A DNA stretch of 64,000 nucleotides, from NCBI GenBank assembly GCA_020636845.1, contig JACJXD010000006.1, positions 29,153-93,152 on the forward strand, in the 5' to 3' direction. This stretch comes from Bacteroidales bacterium (lineage in GTDB: Bacteria; Bacteroidota; Bacteroidia; Bacteroidales; Tenuifilaceae). Positions within the stretch are counted from its first letter, which is position 1. Every line of letters begins with the position of its first letter. Made by a program: the position numbers and the translations under genes. Below the pieces are notes generated by a model. It saw only the letters and a program-made list of their open reading frames with translations, was not told where the DNA came from and did not search any database. Shown in pieces: positions 57,178-64,000 of the stretch.

Positions 57178-58038
57178 TTAACCTAAATACGATTTTAACA
57201 ATTTACTTCTGGAAGTGTGACGTAGCCGTCTGATAGCTTTTTCCTTAATTTGGCGAACACGTTCACGGGTTAAACCAAACTTTTCGCCAATTTCCTCAAG
57301 CGTCATTTCTTGGCAGCCAATGCCAAAGAATAGTTTAATAATATCGCGTTCTCTTTCGGTTAAGGTAGCCAAGGCTCTTTCAATTTCTTTACCTAGCGAT
57401 TCGTTAATAAGACCTCTGTCGGCGTTAGGCGAATCGTTGTTTACAAGAACATCGAGTAGGCTGTTATCTTCTCCATCAACAAAAGGCGCATCAACCGAAA
57501 CATGGCGGCCGCTTACACGAAGTGTGTCGTTTACCTTTTCCTTAGGTAATTCAAGTAAGTTGGCAAGTTCTTCGGGCGACGGTGTACGCTCGAATTCCTG
57601 CTCAAACTTCGAAAAAGCTTTGTTTATTTTATTAAGCGAGCCAACTTGGTTTAATGGCAACCTTACAATTCTGGATTGTTCTGCAAGAGCTTGAAGAATA
57701 GACTGACGAATCCACCATACAGCATACGATATAAATTTAAACCCACGGGTTTCATCAAATTTTTCGGCAGCTTTAATTAGTCCCAAATTACCTTCGTTAA
57801 TTAAATCTGGTAAACTTAATCCTTGGTTTTGGTATTGTTTTGCAACCGATACAACGAATCTCAGGTTGGCTCTTGTTAACTTTTCCAGTGCAGCTTGATC
57901 GCCTTTTCGAATACGCTGTGCAAGTTCAACTTCCTCTTCAACAGTAATTAAGTCTTCTTTCCCAATTTCCTGCAAGTACTTGTCAAGCGAAGCGCTCTCC
58001 CTGTTTGTGATTGATTTTGTAATTTTTAGCTGTCTCAT
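57178..58038 (-). CDS. rpoD: Primary RNA polymerase sigma factor (sigma-70 family, Bacteroidota short form)
   Basis: 286 aa. [12 protein letters not shown] is region 2.1, [13 protein letters not shown] is region 2.3/2.4, and [23 protein letters not shown] is region 4.2. Confidence 0.92.
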   Translation of the reverse strand: MRQLKITKSITNRESASLDKYLQEIGKEDLITVEEEVELAQRIRKGDQAALEKLTRANLRFVVSVAKQYQNQGLSLPDLINEGNLGLIKAAEKFDETRGFKFISYAVWWIRQSILQALAEQSRIVRLPLNQVGSLNKINKAFSKFEQEFERTPSPEELANLLELPKEKVNDTLRVSGRHVSVDAPFVDGEDNSLLDVLVNNDSPNADRGLINESLGKEIERALATLTERERDIIKLFFGIGCQEMTLEEIGEKFGLTRERVRQIKEKAIRRLRHTSRSKLLKSYLG

Positions 58039-58231
58039 CTCAACTTTTAAATTTTAGCGAATTTATGGCAAATACCTTCAAAATTCAAGTTATATGCTCT
58101 GTTTTTGAGCAATTTTAAAGATATTTAACCCCCGATTACACGTTTACTAGAAACGGTTATCGGGGGTGAATTGTTTCAAATGATATAAAATTTTTATAAA
58201 AATTATATCTTATTCAAGGTACGTTTTGAAA

Positions 58232-59680
58232 CTACATTCCGATTGCGTAGTAAGCAACAATTCCGTTAGGGTAAACACCTTCGATAAGTACACCACCGGA
58301 AGAAATACTGAGAACACGCTCCAAATCGTCGATATTACGGATTGGAGTACGATTTACTTTCGTAATGATGAAGCCCTCTTTAATGCCACCTTCTTTCAAT
58401 TTTCCATCTTTTAACTCTTTAACTTGAACGCCGTTTTCTATTCCAAGTTCTTTTTTCTGCTTATTTGTTGCTTCGGAAAGTTGTGCTCCCAGTTTATTTA
58501 ACGTTTCGCTTGTTTTAACAATATCTACGCCTCCTTTAAAGTTCAGAAGAGTTACTGTACAGTTTTTGATATTGTTGTTTCGATTAACGGTAACATCAAT
58601 TGATTGATTTGGACGGTAACGACCAACTTGTTCCTGTAATTCCGATACGCTGTTAATATTTTTCCCGTTTATTGATAGAATTACATCGCCTTCTTTTATT
58701 CCGGCCTTATCTGCTCCTCCGTCCTTATTAACTTCGACAACGTAAACACCCTTCATTTCTTTTAGCCCCGCTTTTTGAGCAAGCGAATCGTTTAGTTCTC
58801 GAATTTGAATGCCCATAATGGCTCGTTGTACCGTTCCGAATTCTATTAAATCCGAAACAACCTTTTTAACTATGCTGGATGGAATGGCAAAGGCATATCC
58901 GGTAAACGAACCTGTTCGCGAAGCAATAGCAGTATTTACGCCAATTAATTCGCCTTTAAGATTTACCAATGCCCCTCCGCTGTTTCCGGGGTTTACGGCA
59001 GCATCGGTTTGTATAAACGATTGGATGGCATATTGATCGTCGATTAGGTTAATGTTTCTCGCCTTAGCGCTTATAATTCCTGCCGTTACTGTAGATGTTA
59101 AGTTGAAAGGATTCCCAATGGCTAGTACCCATTGTCCAACCTTTAAATCATCCGAATTTCCGAAAGGAATGAACGGTAAATTGTTAGCATCTATTTTTAA
59201 TAAAGCTACATCGGAAGCAGGATCGGTACCAACTACTTTTGCCTTAAAGGTGCGTTTATCGTTTAGGACTACTTCTATGTTTTGAGCGTTATCAACAACA
59301 TGGTTATTAGTTACTATAAAGCCATCGTTTGAAATAATAACTCCTGAGCCTGAGGCTTGCACCTGTCTTTTAGGGTTTATATTTTGAGGACCAAAAAAGA
59401 AATCGAAGAAAGGATTTCCAAAGTTGTAGTCCAACGATTCCGTAAACGATGTTTTTACGTGAACAACTGCATCAACAGTACGTTCGGCAGCATATGTAAA
59501 ATCTGTTGCCGACGAGTCGGAGGGTGCAAAAACCCTTGTTAACTTGACATTTTCAGTAGGAATTTTAGTCGATACCCCTGTTGTTGCACTATTTGTTTGC
59601 ATTGAAGTTGTGACGAATACTGCAACAACTCCTCCAATAAATGCTGAAATAATCGGAATAATGAATTTTTGTCCTTTCAT
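58232..59680 (-). CDS. HtrA/DegP-family periplasmic serine protease with two PDZ domains
   Basis: 482 aa. The catalytic motifs are TNNHVV (His), DVALLKI (Asp) and GNSGGALVN (Ser). Two PDZ-like segments follow. Confidence 0.9.
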   Translation of the reverse strand: MKGQKFIIPIISAFIGGVVAVFVTTSMQTNSATTGVSTKIPTENVKLTRVFAPSDSSATDFTYAAERTVDAVVHVKTSFTESLDYNFGNPFFDFFFGPQNINPKRQVQASGSGVIISNDGFIVTNNHVVDNAQNIEVVLNDKRTFKAKVVGTDPASDVALLKIDANNLPFIPFGNSDDLKVGQWVLAIGNPFNLTSTVTAGIISAKARNINLIDDQYAIQSFIQTDAAVNPGNSGGALVNLKGELIGVNTAIASRTGSFTGYAFAIPSSIVKKVVSDLIEFGTVQRAIMGIQIRELNDSLAQKAGLKEMKGVYVVEVNKDGGADKAGIKEGDVILSINGKNINSVSELQEQVGRYRPNQSIDVTVNRNNNIKNCTVTLLNFKGGVDIVKTSETLNKLGAQLSEATNKQKKELGIENGVQVKELKDGKLKEGGIKEGFIITKVNRTPIRNIDDLERVLSISSGGVLIEGVYPNGIVAYYAIGM

Positions 59681-59879
59681 AATTATCTCTTTAATTGGTT
59701 TTCACGAAAATAATACACAAAATGCGTGCATTGTTCATTAAAAATTTAATACTTAACGATTGTTAACCAACCAGATGACAGGATTGCGTTTTTTTAACGA
59801 CAATGTATGACAAAATGAAATAAATGTTAAACCATTATTAAAATTGAATATGTAATTAAAGTGAGTTTGATATAAATTA

Positions 59880-59919
59880 TCATTCTGAACTTGTCGAGAA
59901 ACCGAGCAAAGAAATTTCT
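59880..59919. repeat. Short dispersed element, degenerate copy
   Basis: tcattctgaacttgtcgagaaaccgagcaaagaaatttct is related to 60001-60052 (aatctgaac...gtcgagaaatct). Confidence 0.45.
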
Positions 59920-60023
59920 AACGGAGTTTATTCATCTTATAAACATAAAAATATCAACATTGCTCAACATAACAGTTTTATTATAATTCTATTGTCTAGT
60001 AATCTGAACAGCGACAACCATGT

Positions 60024-60052
60024 TGTCATTTCGAGCGAAGTCGAGAAATCTT
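60024..60052. repeat. Short dispersed element (GTCATTTCGAGCGAAGTCGAGAAATCTT)
   Basis: tgtcatttcgagcgaagtcgagaaatctt matches 13283-13311 at about 25 of 29 positions. Confidence 0.6.
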
Positions 60053-60173
60053 AATTTTATATTAATGCAAAAATAAAAACGCGCAGAAAAAGTCTCATGC
60101 TATTTATAAAAGAAAAAGCCATTTAATCAATTTGAATTAAACGGCTTTACATTTAAAAGTTATATTGATTTTT

Positions 60174-60551
60174 TTAGTAGGGTATAAGTTTGAATGGAAC
60201 TTTTACCAGTTCCGAAAATGTTTCCCCTGTTTCGAGCATATCCTCGTCTATGCTTCTGTAAAACCAATTTACAATTATATTTTTCTTTTGAGCATGAATT
60301 TCGTGAAGTACAGATAGTATTTCCAGTATCTTTTTTGAGGATGCTGTATTAAAATAGTCCATTTTGAATATAATTACAGTATCCCTGTTAGGATTTTCGG
60401 CATATTCTTTAAACCAGTCAATTATTGGTTGATAAAAATCCTTTGGATTTTCAGGCAGCGATTTTCCGTAGAATTCAAAACGTCCCCTCTCTTTATCAAG
60501 GTTAACCTCGGGACTATCAACAGTTTCTTCAATTTTTAACGACTTCATCAA
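60174..60551 (-). CDS. DUF1987 / SiaC-like regulatory protein
   Basis: 125 aa. The pattern is LKIEETVDSPEVNLDKERGRFEFYGKSLPENPKDFYQPIIDWFKEY...FKMDYFNTASSKKILEIL...VNWFY...DEDMLETGE.F. Confidence 0.7.
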   Translation of the reverse strand: MMKSLKIEETVDSPEVNLDKERGRFEFYGKSLPENPKDFYQPIIDWFKEYAENPNRDTVIIFKMDYFNTASSKKILEILSVLHEIHAQKKNIIVNWFYRSIDEDMLETGETFSELVKVPFKLIPY

Positions 60552-60594
60552 TCTTCAGCATTAAAATCTATAAGCACAAATATACTATAAATCT

Positions 60595-61386
60595 TTAAAG
60601 TGAGTTGTGCTTTATATTAAAGGAACCATCAAATACGTGTTTTACAGGGCCTTCGAGCCAAATATTGGAATATTTGTTTTCAATTACCGAAAACGAAACT
60701 TTTAACGTACCTCCAAGTGCTTTTACGGTAACTTTAGTGTCCGATGGTTCAAAGAACTCGTGGTATGCAATTGCCGAGGCTACAGCACCGGTTCCACATG
60801 CGAGTGTCTCGGCTTCTACTCCGCGTTCAAAGGTGCGTATTTTAAGAATGCCATTGCTTTCAACTTGTACAAAGTTTGCGTTGGTTCCACCATTTTGAAC
60901 GTTTACCGATTGCCTAATAAGATTTCCTTCACGAGCAACATCAACGTTGTTTACGTTTCTTACAAAACTGACAAAATGAGGAGAGCCGCTGTCTAAAAAG
61001 AATCCATCGTCAATAGTTTCAACGTTTGAAATATCTTTCATGCGGAGTTTTACAAAGCCATTTTCAAGAATTTCGGCCTCGTGAATGCTATCGATGCCCC
61101 AAAACTTCATTTTGACAGGGACTAAGTTTAGCGTAAATGCAAATGAAGCAAAACATCGTCCCCCGTTTCCGCACATTGTGGACTCATTCCCGTCGGAATT
61201 GAAATATCGCATAAGTAATCCTTCCGCATTTTCTTCCAGAAGAATTAACCCATCAGCACCTATTCCGGTATGTGTTTTACACATTTCCTTTATAATATCA
61301 ACCGAAGGAACGAATCTTTTTTCCCTGTTATCAATCATAATAAAATCGTTTCCAGCACCGTGATATTTCGAGAAAGAGATTAGCAT
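60595..61386 (-). CDS. dapF: Diaminopimelate epimerase
   Basis: 263 aa. It has HGAGNDFI, the first catalytic Cys in NSDGNESTMCGNGGRC and the second in ETLACGTGAVA. Confidence 0.92.
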   Translation of the reverse strand: MLISFSKYHGAGNDFIMIDNREKRFVPSVDIIKEMCKTHTGIGADGLILLEENAEGLLMRYFNSDGNESTMCGNGGRCFASFAFTLNLVPVKMKFWGIDSIHEAEILENGFVKLRMKDISNVETIDDGFFLDSGSPHFVSFVRNVNNVDVAREGNLIRQSVNVQNGGTNANFVQVESNGILKIRTFERGVEAETLACGTGAVASAIAYHEFFEPSDTKVTVKALGGTLKVSFSVIENKYSNIWLEGPVKHVFDGSFNIKHNSL

Positions 61387-61410
61387 AGAAAAATTTTTAA
61401 GTTAAAAGTA

Positions 61411-61439
61411 CTTTAAAGTGGCTAGAGTACTTAAAGTGC
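61411..61439. repeat. Left inverted repeat flanking the four-helix-bundle gene
   Basis: TAAAGTG (61414-61420) and GAGTACTTAAAG (61425-61436) pair with CACTTTA (61833-61839) and CTTTAAGTACTC (61819-61830). Confidence 0.7.
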
Positions 61440-61446
61440 TATAGTA

Positions 61447-61809
61447 TTAACTACTTTTTAGTTTTCTGGAAATTGAGGTAAATATACCTAGTAATTCATT
61501 ACACTCATCCAGGAAGGTGTTAATTCCATAGTTATGTTGCCAGTCTAAATCAATTATTATTTCGAGCCAATAAGCAGTTTCGCTACATTCACTTTCACAA
61601 ATTTTTATTTTATTATAGAAATCTGCTTTACTTCTAGTTCGGTTGGCTTCTCTGTAATTGGCACCTACACTTGAGCCCGATTTTGTGAGTTGATTCCTTA
61701 TTACTTTGGCTTCAATGGTGTTCGGTAAATTTGATGAGAGTCGAATTATCGAAATAGCAAATGCTTTTGTTCTTTTCTCAAGAACCTTTCCAAATGCCTT
61801 ATTATCCAT
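61447..61809 (-). CDS. Four-helix-bundle protein (TIGR02436 / 23S rRNA intervening-sequence protein / Avd-like family)
   Basis: 120 aa. FAISIIRL, RNQLTKSGSSVGANYREANRTRSKADFYNKIKICESECSETAYWLEII are present. Confidence 0.85.
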   Translation of the reverse strand: MDNKAFGKVLEKRTKAFAISIIRLSSNLPNTIEAKVIRNQLTKSGSSVGANYREANRTRSKADFYNKIKICESECSETAYWLEIIIDLDWQHNYGINTFLDECNELLGIFTSISRKLKSS

Positions 61810-61817
61810 ATTTATTT

Positions 61818-61846
61818 GCTTTAAGTACTCGACACTTTAGGCACTC
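61818..61846. repeat. Right inverted repeat flanking the four-helix-bundle gene
   Basis: gctttaagtactcgacactttaggcactc has the reverse complement gagtgcctaaagtgtcgagtacttaaagc, which matches the left arm. Confidence 0.7.
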
Positions 61847-61855
61847 TAAATATTT

Positions 61856-64000
61856 CTACTTCCCAATTACTTCAATTTCAACCCTGCGGTTTTTAGCCCT
61901 ATTTTCTTCACTATCGTTTGGTGCAATTGGGTTAGTATTACCGAAACCTCGAACCTGAAGGTTACTAAAGCCGTTTTCAATTAAGTATTTGGCAACCGCT
62001 TTTGCACGTTCTTCTCCAATTTGAGAGTTGCTAACAGCTTCTAGGTCGTCGCAATGGCCTTGTATTTCGATTCTAATATTGCTGTTATCCTTAAGTATTC
62101 TTAATAACCTGTTAAGTTCGGCTACCGTTTCAGGACCTAGGTCTGCTTTGTTAATGTCAAAATGGATGTTTAACTCAATCTGCGATCCTATCGCAATTGG
62201 TTTCAGCAGAATATCCTTGGTTACATTCATGAATGTGGTAACCTGGTTAAGATTTAGATTTTCCGAATAGTACCAGTAGTCGTCGGCTATAACTTCTATT
62301 AGATAGTTATCGTTAGCCATGAACGATAGGTTGTAGTCGCCCGAAGTTGGACTTGAGTAAATGGATTGTTCAACAGAATTGTTCTTGATATTTATGAGGT
62401 TAACCCTTGCACGTAAAGGTTTAAGACTTGTTGCGTCTTTTACTGTACCTCGCAGGTTAGTCCGACGTATTTGAAGAACACCTTGGGTTACGTCCTGTTG
62501 TGTTGAAGGACTAAAGTTAATGCGCCTAATTTTTTCGTCGAAAACAAAGTTAACCTCAAACTGCTTGTACCCGTTAAATTGAACACGGAAGTTATTTTGC
62601 CTCAAATCGAAGTTTTCGTAAAAGATATTATTTACGTTAACAACGTATTCGTCGGTGATAGGAGCAAAAATTAGAAACTCTCCGTTTTTGTCGGTTAGCG
62701 TGGAGTAAGTATTTCCACGGCTATCGGTTGCCGAAATTCTTACATTCGAAACATCAATTTTTCCTAGTCCCGATAAGCGACTTCTGTTTAGTATAATTTT
62801 TCCAAATATTTTATTCTTTTCAACAAACGGGATATAGTAGGTAGTATTCTTTTTATCAACTCGAATTTCGTTACCAATATCTGCTTTCGAAAAAGTTCCA
62901 GCATCTTTGCCTACAGGATTATATTCAATTTTATACGTTCCGCTGGGAATATTTTCGAACTCAACTTCGCCATACTGATTCGAAAGCAGTTCCCCCGATG
63001 TGAAATCGGTTAATTCCATGTTTTCAGTATCAGTACGTTGTATGCTCACCAAAACATTTTTAATACCGGGTTCATTATCGTTTTTAATTCTGTTACCGTT
63101 ATAATCCTTGAAGAAAACAAGTTTTAGGTTGTAGTATTTAATAACAGGTTGTTGAAACCCAAATTCTTTACGAAGGCTGGCTTCAAAGTACATATTTTGG
63201 TATCGTTCTACATTTTCGGTAGTGGTAACTCTCGATTGAACGGTGTAAACATTTAGTAGTCTTATTTGCCAATCTCGTGGTAAGTACCAGAATAGTTGAG
63301 AGGTAATGTTAGAGTAACTCGATTTAGAAACCAAATCGTTAGTATAGGATACGTTCACCATTAGTTTTACCAAATCTTTGTATATATAAGAATCGAAATA
63401 AGGCATTATTCTAAGTAATCTGGTTTCTCTTGAGGAATAGTACCAGCTAAATTGCTCGTAAATAGAACGGGGGCCGTTAGTGTACATTGCTTGTACACCC
63501 CATTTGGGTTGGCGAAGGTTAATGGTAAAATATTGGTAGTTAAACTTGTTTTTAATATTAGAAACGGAGAATGTAGAATCTACGAAATAAAGGGGTTTAT
63601 GCCAAACCCTTACAAAACCGCTAAATATATTTGCAGTAAGTGAACTTCCTTGCTTATCTCCTTTTAGTCTTGCCCCAAAATTATAGTTGTAAACAAAAGT
63701 TGAGAAAAAATCTTTTCCTCTTTGAATTACCGGAAAAATATCCGACGAGTTATATTCTACCCCGGGACCTGTATAAATATTGAATTTTGGGGTGGCTTGA
63801 TAATTGTAATTAACCAACTCTTTATGAAAGTTGGTAAATGGCTGATAGGTAATATAGTAATTGTTGTAATCGCCAGGACTATTTCGGTTATCACTTATAT
63901 AGTAACTTAGGTAATTACCATTGTTAAAAAGGTAAATAGATTGTGTGTATAATTCCGAGCGACCATTATGGCTTGAGTTTAAGAATTTTTGACCACTTTT
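61856..64000 (-). CDS. Large OmpA-domain outer-membrane protein; N-terminus beyond the window end
   Basis: The C-terminal OmpA-like domain shows IEIQGHCDD, AKAVAKYL and NRRVEIEVI. Carboxypeptidase-regulatory-like beta modules lie upstream. My translation stays open from 63817 to 64000 (..SGQKFLNSSHNGRSELYTQSIYLFNNGNYLSYYISDNRNSPGDYNNYYITYQPFTNFHKELVNYNYQ), so the listed Met is probably internal. Confidence 0.85.
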   Translation of the reverse strand, partial: KSGQKFLNSSHNGRSELYTQSIYLFNNGNYLSYYISDNRNSPGDYNNYYITYQPFTNFHKELVNYNYQATPKFNIYTGPGVEYNSSDIFPVIQRGKDFFSTFVYNYNFGARLKGDKQGSSLTANIFSGFVRVWHKPLYFVDSTFSVSNIKNKFNYQYFTINLRQPKWGVQAMYTNGPRSIYEQFSWYYSSRETRLLRIMPYFDSYIYKDLVKLMVNVSYTNDLVSKSSYSNITSQLFWYLPRDWQIRLLNVYTVQSRVTTTENVERYQNMYFEASLRKEFGFQQPVIKYYNLKLVFFKDYNGNRIKNDNEPGIKNVLVSIQRTDTENMELTDFTSGELLSNQYGEVEFENIPSGTYKIEYNPVGKDAGTFSKADIGNEIRVDKKNTTYYIPFVEKNKIFGKIILNRSRLSGLGKIDVSNVRISATDSRGNTYSTLTDKNGEFLIFAPITDEYVVNVNNIFYENFDLRQNNFRVQFNGYKQFEVNFVFDEKIRRINFSPSTQQDVTQGVLQIRRTNLRGTVKDATSLKPLRARVNLINIKNNSVEQSIYSSPTSGDYNLSFMANDNYLIEVIADDYWYYSENLNLNQVTTFMNVTKDILLKPIAIGSQIELNIHFDINKADLGPETVAELNRLLRILKDNSNIRIEIQGHCDDLEAVSNSQIGEERAKAVAKYLIENGFSNLQVRGFGNTNPIAPNDSEENRAKNRRVEIEVIGK

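Overview
64-kb chromosomal window that looks like a Bacteroidota genome. Supporting marks are a T9SS C-terminal sorting domain, BACON and BspA-type LRR repeats, a CarboxypepD_reg TonB-dependent receptor, bamD-rpoZ-coaBC-DUF4835-recN synteny and TAnnTTTG promoter boxes. It is probably an anaerobe: rubrerythrin, a NuoE/NuoF-like hydrogenase-type diaphorase and NADP-GDH are present. I support about 48 protein-coding genes, one tRNA-Pro(GGG), several hairpin terminators and three gene remnants. I saw no rRNA, no CRISPR array and no recognisable integrase or transposase. Most of the window is housekeeping: gdhA, mutS2, ftsE, nth, dinB, a TetR-flanked RND efflux operon, pgm, dcp, trxB, bamD-recN block, fabI, rpoD, htrA, dapF. 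The clearly accessory part is about 22.7-32.8 kb. There a diverged ~390-bp direct repeat (TonB-receptor start, promoter region and first 29 codons of nth) brackets an 8.1-kb segment. That segment carries a GNAT, a membrane-anchored AraC regulator and a 1405-aa LRR/LamG/BACON T9SS cargo protein. It is followed by a truncated nth copy and an AT-rich three-gene cassette. I did not find an unambiguous multi-gene novel system. The best second-look candidates are: (1) an exported caspase-fold protease fused to an unusual tandem repeat; (2) a 1145-aa GAF/pseudo-receiver/PPDK_N ATP-grasp protein lacking the phosphohistidine half; (3) the repeat-bounded accessory block; (4) a phosphohexomutase translationally coupled to an atypical Ser/Thr kinase; (5) an orphan protein resembling the C-terminus of contractile-injection tape-measure proteins; (6) an Avd-like four-helix-bundle gene flanked by inverted repeats. 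All functional calls rest on motif recognition by eye and none was checked against a database.
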